From the human T2T-CHM13v2.0 reference genome, Homo sapiens: a DNA stretch of 64,000 nucleotides. Below, piece by piece: positions 44,430 through 59,072 of the stretch (the first letter of the stretch is position 1; each line of letters opens with the position of its first letter). The stretch lies in NCBI RefSeq assembly GCF_009914755.1, contig NC_060937.1; one strand, given 5' to 3'. A program made the position numbers and the translations under genes. Below the pieces are notes generated by a model. That model ran no database searches, was not told the DNA's origin, and worked only from the letters and a program-made list of their open reading frames with translations.

Positions 44430-45480
44430 ATTTCATGAATGCCTACTAAGTACCAGGTACTATTTTAATCACTAGGGTTGCAAAAATAAGAGACAGACGC
44501 TTTCAAGATGTTCATAGTCTACCAGGACAAGCAATTACAGTGCAGTGTGATAAGTACCATGATAGAGTCAGTAATCAGTGAGGGATGTAGGAGCCTCATG
44601 CATGACCTAATCCATTCATTCATTTGCTTTATTCATTCAGTACACTTCAGAGTTTTAATATGTGCCGGGGATACAGAGATAAACAAGACAGATACCTCTG
44701 TCAGCCCCCGATGAGCTTGCTGTGCAGTTCAGTCTCAAAGAGTTTTAACCGTTGGTTACAATGTATTGTTTGATATGGGATCTGAAAGGGGCCAGCAACA
44801 AGAGCTCAGAGGAGGACCATAAACCCAAGCTTAGGGACGTTCAGAGAGACAGGAAAGCCTCCCAGAGGAAGCACCATGAGAAGGAATTGGTCGAAGTCTG
44901 GGTTGAGGAGAGGGTGTACAGAGAGATGGTCAGGGAGGTGATGCACTGGAGCAACCACAAACACCAGGAGTTCAGTCCAGTGGGGGTGGTTGTGGGCAAG
45001 GGCAGGGAAGTGGCAAGAAGTGAGGGAGGAGAAGTAAGGAGGGACTGTGCCGTGTGGGGTCTTGTGATTACTGTTGTGTGGAGTTCGGAGACCTCTGTGG
45101 GCAACAGGAAATGGTTGAAGAATTGTAAGCAAAAGAGGGACACGGTCAAATTTGCCCTTTGGAGAATGGATTAGAAGAGGGAAGGCTTGAAGCAGGGAAA
45201 TTTGAGGAGGTAGAATTGCTGGGATTTGGTCATTGGCCGTGTGTGTGTATGTGGTGGGGGGAGTTGGGGCAGGGAGGAGTTCAGGGCAGTGTCCAGCTCT
45301 GGCTGGGTGGTTGGGTGATGGCACTGTCCTTAGGTGGGGACAGAGCAGCATCCATTTTGGGGAAAAGATTATGGGTCACACTTGGCTGGGTTAAGTTTCA
45401 GGTGCTGAGGGGACAGTGTGTTCAGTTGGCTGCACTAGGGATCCAGATAATCAGGAGTTGTCTGGATTAGAGAGACGCAT
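44430..45480 (-). mobile_element. L2 fragments
   Basis: tgaatgcctactaagtaccagg, cattcattcattt, ttaagtttcaggtgc. Confidence 0.65.
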
Positions 45481-46522
45481 GTGAGAGTTATTAGCTGTCC
45501 CAGACTGTCTCAAACAGTTTGAGAGTTTCCCAAACTATCAGCTAAGGTGCTACAGCAAACAGGGAGACTGGGGGATGTTTCACATTGTTGAGGAAAACAC
45601 ATAGTTCCGTCTCTTCAAGCCTGTGGAAACTACTAGCTCAAGATAGTTAAAAATGTCTAGATTAGATTGCACTCCATTCCATTCGATGACCTCATGTTTG
45701 TAAAGAAGGATTTTTGGTGGTTGCTGTAGCACGTGAAAATCAGTGTAGAAAAGGAAATGAGGGAGGCCATTGTCCAGTCTGACTCCAAGGTTTGAGAGAA
45801 ATTGTGCAGTGCTCAACAAGTGTACACATACTGTATTAGTAAATACTTGTGGTTATCTAAGAATGAAATAAAAATGCCATTTTTTCTCTCTATTAAAGTG
45901 TACTTTTTTCAAGTTGGTACCAAGTTGTTAGGACATTAAGTACTTACGTTTTTAACATTTTCTTTGCTCAATAAGCATTTGTTTTGGCCTGAGACTCCAA
46001 GGGTGCGGTGAACAGAGAAAGTTTTGGAACTCCTGCCTTTGCCTGTGCAGTATTTGTTAATGGAAGCTGTTGGAGTAGATGAGGTCATTTGAGGAGTGTG
46101 TATAGAGTAAGAAAAGGAGTGGTGTGGAGTGAGATCTGAGGCACTCTTGTGTTTGAAAGGGAAGCAGATAATAGGCTCCCACACTGGGACTAAGAAGGAT
46201 GGGGGTCATGGTGTCCGAGGAAACCTCAGCAGGCAGGGCGTGCTCAGCTGCTGCGAGCTGTTAGTAATACAGGGGACACTAGAGGCAACAGTGACATGAC
46301 AGGGATGGGAGGGGGAGGCCAGTTTGTATCAGGATTTAATAGTGAGTGAGAGTGAGGGAGTGGAGCCCAGCATGTGTAGACAGCAATGCTCAAGAAATTT
46401 GATGCTGGTGGTTAGGGGTGGTTATAGGGAGGGCAGATAAAGGGGGAACCCTTTGGTTTTTGTTTTTTAAATGGGGGGATTTGAGCATGTTTAAATGCTG
46501 GTAAAGAACCAGGAGAGGGTAA

Positions 46523-46587
46523 TTTCAGAGTTTCCATTGGAGTTAGCCCACTAGATAGCGGTTTCAGAGTTTCCATTGGAGTTAGCC
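46523..46587 (+). repeat. 26-bp perfect direct repeat with 13-bp spacer
   Basis: tttcagagtttccattggagttagcc at 46,523-46,548 and 46,562-46,587. Confidence 0.95.
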
Positions 46588-46749
46588 TGAGGACATGATG
46601 AATGATCTTGGTGAGGAGTCTGTGGAACCTCATTGCTGTGGATTGCAGAGTGAAGGGTGTTGAGGGAGGGAAGCTGGTTCTTTCCCAAACTTGATTATGA
46701 AGAGGAGAGAATGACATTAACTGGAGAGGGGCATCTGGTGTAGGCTGAT

Positions 46750-46872
46750 TTCCTCCCCTCCCCTCCCCTCTCCTCCCCTCCCCTCCCCTCCCCTCCCCTC
46801 CTCCCTCCCTTCCCCTTCCCCTTTGCCTCCCTCCCTTTTCTTTTCTTTTCTCTTTTCTTTTCTTTTCTTTCT
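46750..46872. repeat. (CCCCT)n/(CTTTT)n polypyrimidine tract
   Basis: Read directly. Confidence 0.95.
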
Positions 46873-47165
46873 AGCAGTGACTTTATTTTCTCTTTTTTTT
46901 GCTGTTGTCTTAAGAACACCTTTTGTCTTCCTTTCTCAAGACATGCTCTTCTGAGGACTGGTTGTTCCTTTGCAGGGCGGTTGCTTCCCACCCTGGACTT
47001 TTCCTAGGTGCCATTGTGTCTCCAGGTCGTGATGTCTTTGTGGCTGACTGTCCTCCTTTGCTGTCCTGTTCTGACAGAATACTCTCTCCTGTCAATGTTT
47101 TTTCTGCTACTTACCTCAGCACCAGTTTTGTGTCAGATCCTATCCGCCTATCTTCATAGATGTTT

Positions 47166-47280
47166 TTATTTTTATTTTTTGTAGAGACGGTGTTTTGCTA
47201 TGTTGCCCAAGCTGGTCTTGAACTCCTGGGCTCAAGCAGTCCTCCCACCTTGGCCTCCCAAAGTGTTGCACCGCCCCCGA
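47166..47280 (-). mobile_element. Alu left-arm monomer (FLAM-like)
   Basis: TSD tcatagatgttt at 47,154 and 47,283. Confidence 0.9.
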
Positions 47281-47322
47281 TGTCATAGATGTTTATAGAT
47301 TATAATAATTTTTCCGCACTAA

Positions 47323-47642
<320 letters not shown>

Positions 47643-48979
47643 TCAGCCTTAATCTTTGGAGCCAAAGATGCTTCTGTTTCTTCTCTGTGCCTGCACATGT
47701 GCCTCTTCTCTGGGAGATTAGCTCTTCTGACTTTTTTTTTTTTTAAATTTTAAAACATTTTAAACATCACAGACATTCTAGGGTATTTCTCATCTTTTAG
47801 GTCTCCTGGAGCTTCTAGGCCTTGGCTCTGAGCTCAGCATCTGGGATGATTTCTCAACTTTGTACTTTCTGAAATTTCCCTGGGATCTTTTCTCAGGGTG
47901 CCCTCTGACCTTGGAGCAGTGGTCTTGAAATTGATCTAAAGATATCTTCTGTTGTGTTATATGTTCTTGAACCTTTTTGGTATTTTAATCTTTTCTTCCT
48001 TTTAGTTTTTCCTTAAATACTTAAGTCAGCCCACACATGTTTGTATGCCAACTATGTCTGAGGCACTGTTCTAGTTAGCAGTGATAAGAATGTTTAACAT
48101 GACCAAGCTGCTGCCCTCAGAAAGCTTATATTCAAGTGAGGTAAAACAGGATAGATTATCTTGCTAACTAGTTCACAAACTCCTTGTTGGCGGGAACCAC
48201 ATAGGGTGGTGCCTTGTATATAATCTGTGCATAGCATATGTGTGTTCCAGCTTGTCAGATAACCTCTTGAACGTCGTCGTCATATAGAGACCTTCATTTA
48301 GGTTTTGCACTTATTTCACTGTGGTAACACTTGGTGCCTTCTCCCACTGGCTGTCCTCTCACAGCCTTTGTGATCTTTGATCTTGGAATGCTTGTTTTCT
48401 AGCAGTTGAAAGCTGAATTGAATTTTTAAAAGTTCCTCTAGTGCATGCTGAAGATTTTATTAGCTTGCTGCGGCAGTTCCATTTTAGTTCCTCTCATAGC
48501 ATCCTCTCATTGAGAGCTGTTATCCATTTTGTGCTCTTGAGAAGCTCCGTGAAATTATATTGCAGTACCAAAGTATAGGTGTGATTAACTGTGAACTGGA
48601 ATCAGTGTGGCCATTATTTTATCAGCTAAATGGATGAAGTGGTTCATTCTTGGCACGTAGTAGATACTCAACAAGTATTTTTACATTGACTGAAAATGTT
48701 ATGTGTTTTGATTCATGGTTATATAATAAGCAGGACTTGATCACTACTGGGTAGTTTACACAGTATGGTCTGAGCCATGTTGCTCTACTACCATCACTTA
48801 TTTTCCAACTTCTCAAAATATGTACATGACAAGGTTGTGGTTTTTTTTTTTTTTTTTTTTTTTGCCTGTTTTGTTACATAGTCCTGTGTTAGGATATTAC
48901 CTAGGCAGGTTTCAGCTCTGAGTTGGCTTTGCAGCTCTTTGCTGGGGCATAGTCTATCCTAATGTTAGAATTAATGTTT

Positions 48980-49140
48980 GGTAGACACAGGGTCTCACTC
49001 TGTTGCCCAGACTGTAGGCCGTGGTGCTATCTCGGCTTGAAACCGGGAGGTGGTGGCTGCAGTGAGGTGAGATCACACCACTGTACTCCAGCCTGGGCAA
49101 AAGAGTGAGACTCGGTCTCAGAAAGAAAAAAAAAAAAAAA
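48980..49140. mobile_element. Chimeric inverted Alu insertion (antisense 3' end fused to sense 3' end)
   Basis: 13-bp TSD agaattaatgttt at 48,967-48,979 and 49,141-49,153; polyA at the right end. Confidence 0.9.
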
Positions 49141-50409
49141 AGAATTAATGTTTATAGAAGGGCTCATGAATTTCAAAACTTGCTTCCTGTGGTACACGGG
49201 AGAAACTCTAGTACAAGTTGAGGGGTGCCATTAACCAGAAAGATGGTAAAGAGAGAGGGGGCAACTTACAAGTATGTTTATATTGTTCTGAGAGAGGTTG
49301 TGGCTGTTGCACAGCTTAGAATGAGAAGGAAGAGACTGACTTTACATGCCTTCAAAAGTAAGATCTTAACTTTGGCAGAAATACTATAATTTTCCAATAT
49401 AGAACACGTCTGTTTTCAATATAAATGTAAAAACACATTTAAAAAAAACCAGCCCTGTAGGATTTAAAACGTATCTCCATTCTTGGTTTTCTGTAGTATT
49501 TGTCATATATCGTTTAGAGTTAATCATCCTGGCTTTTGATCAGAAACCCAGAAATACACAGTAACCCCCTAATTCCCCAAACACCTGTCTTGAGATTTTA
49601 ATTCTTGCTGCAAACAGCATTTGTTTCCCAAGGCTTCTCTAGAATGTGAATTGTTCTTTGAGATATCCCAGGGAGGAAGAGTATTAAAAGGTTACTCCTT
49701 TTCAAAAGTTGGCATTGCAATTTAGAATGGTTACAAAGTTTATCAATGAAAATGAACTTGATGCCTGAGCTATAATTGAAATCTTTATAGCGTCTCTGCT
49801 GTTTGTCCATTGTGTTACAGAGCATTCATTGAAAACTTCTTCCATTTCTGACATGTCCAGTTCCCACCCCTCAAAAAAAAATTATGAAAACTACAAAACT
49901 TCAGAACATCATTTGAAATAATTGTGTAGGGATTAGGCACCGAAGAGTTTAGAACAGCTACGTTACATTAAGCTATAATTATGGTTACTTTTTCTTGCCA
50001 CACAGGAGTTTAGAAATTTGTGGTTTTATTTCTTAGGCTATTTTGTTTCTGATGATTGTCAAATTTCATTTGAGACAATATTGCCCTGCATTTTAATATT
50101 TACTTAGCATTTTTTCTCTTTTTGAACAGTTACATAACTTAGATAAACTGTGTGTAAATGAAAGTTACAGATAGAGTTTTAAGTGGAATATGTACTTTAT
50201 TCAGATTTTTATTATTTGAGATGATGATTTATTGAACATAAGCAATGGAGACTTTTCTCTCATCTGTCATTAAATGAATGTCTGGATTAGCTTATAGGAA
50301 GTGCTCACAGTAATAAAGCTAAATATAAAGAATGAGAATCAAGAATATATAAAGACCAGAAATGAATACATCAAAACCTGTACTATCAATAAAGTTCTAG
50401 TCTCCGTGG

Positions 50410-50795
50410 TCAGTGTCTTAGACATGAGGACTGCTTTAATAACTGCAAGATTTCAGTGACTCAGAGCAAGAAGCATCTGTTTCTCACCTATGTGGAAGCT
50501 TATGTTGGGGTCGTCATGGGTTAGGTGTCCACATGGCTGTTCAGGTGGTCAGCCTTTTTCCACCTTGTGACTTAGCCTCCTATAGGAACTGGGAACCTGC
50601 TTGGTTCAGGCAGTGGGTGGAGAATGAGGACAGTCCTGTGGGAGGTTTTTATAGACCAGCACACATTGCTTCTCATCCTACTAGCCGTACTCAGACATGG
50701 CCTCTCTTAGCTTACTTTAGGCTGGACACATAGCAGAGCTATACGCCGCAGGAGAAGAGAGGTCATGGGGACTGGTAGCATAACTAGTCTCTACC
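50410..50795 (-). mobile_element. Old MaLR LTR (MLT1) fragment
   Basis: atttcagtgactc...tgtttctcac, cacattgcttctcatcctactagcc..actcagacatggcc. Confidence 0.55.
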
Positions 50796-51339
50796 CCAGT
50801 CTGACTGGAACTTGTGTGAGCATCCTGGTGGCCACAGTGAAAGGAAATCATCCTCAGCTCTATGCTGTCATTTTCACCATGCATAAAGAAGATACCAGTT
50901 TCTTTTCCTTAATATGTCCCCCATTTCACACTTGGGGCTTTGAATTGGTTACATTGAAAGGTGTAGTAGGTGATGTGCTCAGTGGCATTCATGTGGTACA
51001 TTGAACAGTGGTTCTTGTTTGGCTGTTTATCATGTCCTTAAATAAAGTGAAAGTACAACAATCAAAAACAATTCTGTGGAGGATCAAACTGACATGGTTT
51101 ATTATATATTTTCTAGTTGTGAGAATAAGCACACTTCATATCCCTCAAACAGTCATTCAGGAATATAAGTGATCTCAGGTGGATTTTTTGGTGAAAGATG
51201 TATAGAAGATAGTTTGAAGTTACTGTTACAGATGCGCTTGGAGTGCCAGTATTTTGTCAATTAAAGGTGGCTTTAGAGACCGAGAGAGATGGTTGGTTAG
51301 TTCAAAATCAGTATCCTGCATGGCAAGCTTGTTCTAGAT

Positions 51340-51565
51340 CAGGGGTTGGTAAACTACAGCCTGTGGGCCACATCTGGCTCTTTGCCTGATTTTGCAAGGA
51401 AAATTGTATTGGAATACAGACGTGTTTGTTCTTTTATTTGTCTGGGGTTGCTTTAGTGCTGCAAGGCAGAGCTGATATAGGGGTAAGTGGTGGCAACAGA
51501 GGCTAACTTACACAGTACGACATATTTGCTATCTGGCTCTTTACAGTAAAAATTCCTGACCCTTG
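51340..51565. mobile_element. MER58A-like hAT-Charlie MITE
   Basis: caggggttggtaaactacagcctgtgggccacatctggc ... cctgacccttg. Confidence 0.85.
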
Positions 51566-51589
51566 TTTTGGAGAACATATTTTCTGCCT

Positions 51590-52270
51590 TTTCTGATGGG
51601 GCTCACATTGTAGTAGGTGAGAAAGCTAATAAACAACATTAAAAAAAATATATATATATATATAATCTCCCTTCACTTGCTTTGCTTTCTTTACTATGCT
51701 TTCTTTAGTATACAGCCTATGTGTATGTGTGTGCGTGTATTTATATGTGTATATATACGTGTGTGTGTATATATATATAAAGAAAGCGAAGCACGTGAAG
51801 AGAGAGAATATCAGAGACTGCCATTTTTGATAAGGTGGTCAGGGAAGCCTATGTGAGATGACATTTGAGCAGAGATACAAACGAAAGTGAAGGAGTGAAC
51901 CAGCTAGGCAAATATTTTGGGAATGAACCTTATTTGGGGAGAAACAGCAAGTGCCCCCTTGAGATACCGAGTAGCAGCAGGGAGGGCAGTGTGAATAGGG
52001 GGTTGGGTAGGGGGATGCGTAGTGACAGAGGTATTAAAGGGCCAGATTGTGTAGGGCCGTATAGACTGTGGTGCACTTTGGATTTTATTCTGAGGGAGAT
52101 GAAAAACCATTGCAAAGTTTTGAGCAGGGACATGATACCATTTAAGTTAGATTGTAAGAGGATCACTAGGACTGCTGTGTAGAGGATAGACAGGGGACAA
52201 AGGTAGAAGGTGGGTGTCTGTGTGCTCTGTGTGCTAGGTAGGCATTGCGAAGTGCTGTGGCTGTTGGATG
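51590..52270 (-). mobile_element. L2 fragment with (TA)/(TG) simple repeats
   Basis: ggtggtcagggaagcct, tgacatttgagcagaga, actttggattttattctgag. Confidence 0.7.
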
Positions 52271-53149
52271 AATCAGTGGTTCCTGCCTTGAGGAGGTCTT
52301 AGTAGAATAGCAGAAGAAAGAGATCACTGTAATGCACTGCTGCTGACAGAGAAGCAAAGGTGCCCTGGGATGGGGTAGGAGGGGTACCTGATCCAAACCA
52401 AAGGTGACACCTTGACCTGAGAATTTAGAGGGGGCTGATGAAGACTCTGATTGTATATCAGAGCTCTGAGATTCTTGGAAGGACTACTTGCATGCAGGAA
52501 TTTTCCCCACCTGTTAACCACGTGAGCAAGTGCTCATCCAGAGATGAGTGGTTTGGTGGCTTTTAGGTCACATGCCAGTGCCAACAATTGCAGTCTGGAG
52601 CATTGTGTTAGAGTGATGTTAAGGTGGTATCTCAGCTCAGCAGGATACACCACAGGAACTGAAGGGTGAAATATTTGCCATCTTTGCCAGAGAGCAGAAC
52701 CAAAGTAATTTTGGTTTGGGAAAGTTAGTACCATAGGACTGTAGAAAAGTCTCAGTAAATTGTCTGTGGAATGTATTGTAGAGTATTGCTACTTTCCCCG
52801 TATGCCTGGCAGTATGAATTAGTTGCACAATGTACGTCTCAGTAATTAAGCAAACCGGTCTGCTGTCTGGAGTTATTGGATATGACCCAATTAAACTTTG
52901 GAGGATGTCTGTAAAAATGATTTTATTTTTGGGACAGGTGATAGTAAAGTATTTTGGATAATTAGTTGAAAAAATTGCTGCCGTTTTAAATTAGTGTAGA
53001 AGAGGACATTCACCTTTCTGTTTTCTATAATGGGGTGTCTAGATCATCTAGAGAGAATTTTAATTATCATAATATTGGTTTAAAAAGAAGTAGGGAGAGA
53101 AAATAAAATCACAATCATAGAGGAAAGTTTTTTTTTGTACTTTCTCTGC

Positions 53150-53905
53150 AACTGATAGAACAAAGGATATAGATGATTTGAACAAAACAATTAATAAAAT
53201 TGCCTCAGTGTGTCTAGCTGTTGTACCTAATGGCAGAATGCACATTCTTTGTAAGTAGACTGGACAGTATCTATCAGCTTGTTGGGAAAAGCAAGTTTGA
53301 GTATATTTTAGAAGATTGAATTCGAACAGAGTGTTCTATAAATTAAACTAAAATCAATAGCAAAAGGTAGCTAGAAAACCTTTTCTAAGTATCCCATGAT
53401 CAAAGAAGATATTACGGTGAGAATTAGAAAATTTTACAAAATATGTTGATTAGAATCAATATGAAAATACTGTATATAAAAATTTGTGAGGTGCAGCTAA
53501 AGTCATACTCAGAGGAAAGATTATAGCCTTACATGCATGTGTTAGGAAAGAAGAAAGCCTGAAAAATACTCAGTGATGTGAACATCAATTTTAAGAAGTT
53601 AGAAAGGAACAGCATACTAAACCCAGAGGAAGTAGATAGACATTAAACGAGGAGAAATTGATAGAATAGAAAATAAATATACAGTAGAGAACATCTGCAG
53701 TACTAGTTTTATTGAAAAGATTGATGATATCAATCAATTTGGTGAGATTAATAAATTAAAATAAAAGACGGAAGGCACAGATAACAATGTCAGCCATGAA
53801 AAAGAGAACATCCTAAAATATCCTACAGGCGGTAAAGATTTTTAACAAGATATTCATTTATGCTAATACATTTTTAACTTTAGATTAAATGGACAAGTTT
53901 TTCCT
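53150..53905 (+). mobile_element. Old L1 ORF2 5' region (degenerate)
   Basis: gatttgaacaaaacaattaa, gtgcagctaaagtcatactcagaggaaa, ttagattaaatggacaa. Confidence 0.8.
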
Positions 53906-53945
53906 TAAATGTGGTTTTGTTATTCATTTAAATTATACCTTGATC

Positions 53946-54241
<296 letters not shown>

Positions 54242-56514
54242 AAATTACACCTTGATCATTTGTTTTAGGGTCCTTGTTGATTTGATTTTCTTTTTAACAT
54301 AATCTAATACAAAACTACAAAAACCGTAGTTTCAGAGAAGTGTCACTCCCTCTCATATCCCTTTGACTGTGTCCTTTCTCCCTCTTGTAAATAACCAGCC
54401 TCACTTTTCTAGTTTCTTTTAAGACAGTATACATGTATGTTTTCTTATTTACCTTTTTTTCAAAAACAGAAGGTGGCATACTGTTTAAATTCTGTTGCAC
54501 TTTGCTTTTTTTCACTTAAAATATACTCTAGAAATTAATTACTCTTTATCAGATTCCAGAGCTCTTCCTCATAATGTTATAGCTGTATAGTGCTGTTCAC
54601 ATAGTGTGAATATGATGCAGTTTGGTTACCAGTCTTCTGTGTTTGGACATTTAGGTAGCTTCCAATATTTTGCAATTACAGTACAAATAATGTGGCTATG
54701 AATAACCTTGTGTATGTATTTTTATATTGCAGGAGGTTTAATTTGGGAATAAAGTCCTCAAATTTGGATTTCTGGGTTGAAGGATAAATGTATATGTAAT
54801 CTTGTTAGACGCTGCTGAATTCCCCTTCATAGAGATTGTACCATTTTGCATTACTCTGAGCAGTGTGTGAGTGCCCGTTTCTTTATAGCCTGCTAGTTAG
54901 AGGATATTGTGAAGCTTTCAAATTTTTGCCAATCTAATAGGTGAAAAATCTTTGTGTAGTTTAATTATATTTATTTTCTTTATTATGACTAAAGTTGAGG
55001 ATCTTTTATGTTCAAGGGAAATTTTTATATTATTTTGAGAATTGTCTATTGCCCTTTTTTCTATAGAATTTTTGCACCTTTTCTGTTCATTTTTTAAAAG
55101 TTTTTCTTTGCCTTAGGAATAATATTCCTTTGATATATGTTACAATATTTCTCCTAGTTTTGACTTTTCTGATTTTTTTCCCCATGAAAATATCTTCATG
55201 TAGTCAGATTTATCAAGCTTTAATTGAATTGGGCATGGGTTTTGAGTCAAGGTCAGATTATTTATAGAGGGATTCACCAATATTTTATTCTAGTACTTGA
55301 GTAGTTTTCATTTTTTACATTTAGATTTATGATACGCTACAAATTTATTCTGATATATATGGTGTGAGGAATAGATCTGATTTTGTCTTCTTCTGAATAG
55401 TGATTGAGTTGTACCAACACCATTTATAAAGTTCATCTTTACCCAGTTATTAGTGATGCCACCATTGCTGTATATTAGATTTCTGTATGTAGCTGGGTCT
55501 ATTTCTGGGCGTTCCATTCCATTCTGTTGTTCTGTCTGTTCATATGCTATTCACACAATTTTAATCATGAGGCTTTGTTTTAATATTTGGAAAGGGCATT
55601 TCTCCCTCTTAGCTCCTCCCTTGCACATTTACTGAGCTGGTCTTTTGTGTTTGCTTTTCCACATGAACTTCAGCATCAATTTGTTGAGCTCCATTAAAAA
55701 GCTGTGTAATTTTTATTGGAATTGCTTTATATTTACAAATCAACTCTGACAACCTGATGAAGTTGTGATGTCTTAGCCAAGAACAGTCGAATGTTCGTCT
55801 GCTTTCATGTGCCTTTCAGATGTGTATAAATTTATAGATTTCTTTGTATAGGTTTTGAACATTTCTTATTGTTTATTCCTGAGTATTTTGTTGCTGTTAT
55901 AAATGGGACTTTCTGTTCCATTTTACATTCTAACTGGTTATTCTTTGTGTATGTGAAGACTAGTTTGTTTACTTTATATCTTGCTACCTTGCTTAATTCT
56001 TTAATTGTTTGAGTTAATTTTGTCATTGATTCCTGGAGTTTTTCAGGTTTACTAACATGTCATCAACCACTAGAGAGTTGTTGTTCTTTTTTTCCATTGT
56101 TTGTGCCTTTAATTGTTTTCTGTTGTCTAATTGCCTTGGTGAATACCTTCAGAAAAATGTTAAATAGTGGAAAAGGTAGTGGGCATTCGTATCTGGTTCC
56201 TGACCTTAATGAGAATGTGTGTAGAATTTGCCCTTTAGGATGTTGGCACTTGCACTCACCGTGTGTATGTGCGTGCATGCACATGCTCTTACACTAATTC
56301 ATTCTTGTTCTGTCTTAAGTTATGTTAAGAAAGTATGCGTCTACTCCTATTTATTCTATATATATATTAGGAATGAATACTGAATTTTGTTGAGGGCTTT
56401 TTTGGCCTCCTGTGGAGGCAATTATATGACTTTCTTGTTAGACTTATGAATATGGTGAATTATATTACTAGATTTCCTAATCGGAATCATTATTGCATTC
56501 CTGGTATAAACTCC

Positions 56515-56789
56515 TTTTTTGAGGTGGAGTTTTGCTCTGTCGCCCAGGCTGGAGTACAGTGGCACGATCTCGGCTCACTGCAACCTCGGCCTCCCAGATT
56601 CAAGCGATTCTGCCGAGTAGCTGAGACTATAGGCACGTACCACCATGCTGGGCTAATTTTTGTATTTTTAGTAGAGATGGGGTTTCACCATGTTGGCCAG
56701 GCTGATCATGAACTCCTGACCTCAAGTGATCCGCCTGCCTCAGCCTCCCAAAGTGCTGGGATTACAGGCGGGAGCCACCGCGCCTGGCC
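56515..56789 (-). mobile_element. AluS-type with ~12-nt internal deletion
   Basis: TSD tggtataaactc. Confidence 0.96.
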
Positions 56790-58762
56790 TGGTATAAACT
56801 CTTAATGTGGTGTTGGAGTCTGTTAATATTTTATTTCAGAATTTGGCATTAATATTCATATGTGATATTGGTTTGTAATGTTCCTATTTTGTGTGATCAC
56901 AGTCAGGTTCAGTTATTAATATTACACTTGATTTATAAAAAAGGATTTGGCAATATTTTTTCATGTTTAAAAAAATTGATGTAATATTGGGATTATCTGG
57001 TTTGTATAGGTTTGATAGACTTGCCTCTTGATATCATCTGGGTTTTTTGGGGGAGGGTAGTTTGATAACTTTTTTCAGTTCTTCTATGGAATTTAGTTGG
57101 CCTAAGCTTTCTATCTCTATGGGTGTCCATTTGGGTAAACTCTGTTTTCCTATGAAATTATCCATTTCATCTAGGCTTTTAAATTCATTTCCATAGAGGT
57201 GTACAGAGTACTTTCCTGTGATTAATATATTTTATCTTTTTTGTATTTGTGCATTTGCTCATTTTTCCTTGATAAACTTAGATTGTGCTTTATTTCAGTT
57301 TTTTTTGAGGTAAAATATACATAACATTAAGTTTATGGTTTTAACCATTTTTAAGTGCACAGTTCATTTTATCCTTTGCTGTGCAGAAGCTTTTTAATTT
57401 GATGCAATCCCATTTGTTTATTTTTGCTTTTGTTTCCTTGATTACTACTTTAAATGTGTTCTATGGACTCTGATGTATAGGTTCTCATTATCTCTCAGAA
57501 ATTCAGTCATTTGTTTGTATATCCCTTTTCACCCAAGAGTTGTATAAATTTTTAGGTGGAAAGGCTTTTTTGTTCTTAATTTCTAGTTTTATTTTCCTTG
57601 ATTTAATTACTAGTATTATTATTTTTGTATATTTTACTGATATGAATACAGAAAAGTCTACATCAGAAGTATAGTTGAATTTTCACAAAATGAATTCATC
57701 CATGAAACCAGTACTCAGACCATTCCCAGAACTTCAGAAGGCCCTCACATTCCCTTCATCTCATGCCCACCCCTCTCCAAAGGTAACCACTAAGTTGACT
57801 TCTAATATTGAGTTTTGTCTGCTTTTGAACTTTACAGAAATAAATCATTATTATGTAGTTTTGTTTTTAAATCTTTCATTCAACAAGTTTTGTTAAATTC
57901 ATCTGTTATTTTTGCTGTATAATTTTCCATTGTATAACTGTACCACTGTTCATTTGTCCACCTCTCCTTACAGTATTTGTATCATTTTCAGTGTTTTGTA
58001 TTTCTAGTTTTGTTTTTGCACTGTGATCAGAGGATATTTTTTGTGATATTTCCATTTTATGAACATAGTAATGATTTCTTTGTGCCTTAACATATAATTT
58101 TCTGTGAGTGTTCAAGAAGCTATATTCTCTGTTACCAGAGTGGAGTGCTGTCTCTCTCTCTATATATACAGAACAACTACTTTGTTGGTTATATTGTTGA
58201 AATCATTTATATCTTTTTTTTCCTATGCTCTGCTTTGTATCAAGTAGTGTGTTTTATTTATGGTGTGTTTCTATTTATTTACTCTTGGATCAGGCATAAT
58301 TTGTTATTTAGTTCATAGAGATTAATAATGTATTCTGCATTGTGAAATTAACTTTTAGTATTTAAAAGTAGTTAGGACTATTCAGATAACTTTTGTCTTG
58401 ATTTTTTTTTTGTCTGATTATTTTTATTCACCTGGTAAATTTTTGTTCCTTTATTTTTAGCCTTTTTGAATCACTGCATTTTAAGTATGTCTTTTATATA
58501 CAGCATAGTCTTTGCTTTCTAAGCAAATTTGAAAATATCTTTCTTTTAATAAGCAAGTTAAGCTGATTCATATTAATTGTTATAACTGATAGGTTTGTTC
58601 TCAGTTCTGTCATTGTGTTAAATTACTGTCTGTATTTTGGTATATTTACTCTGTTCATTTATTGTTTGATGTGTTTTTCTTAATTTAAAAAATTCTTTTG
58701 ATATCAGGAAGGTGGGACTAAGTTTTTCTTCTAATAGTACCATTGAATTCGTACTTTTGTAG

Positions 58763-59072
<310 letters not shown>

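Noticed and set aside
44752-45351. 140-aa and 181-aa ORFs
   Set aside because: Lie within degenerate L2 sequence; no recognisable domain
46523-46587. CRISPR-like repeat-spacer-repeat
   Set aside because: Only two units, 13-bp spacer, primate DNA, no cas genes
49985-50135. Acceptor-like pyrimidine tracts ending in CAG/TAG
   Set aside because: No matching strong donor; such tracts are common in T-rich introns
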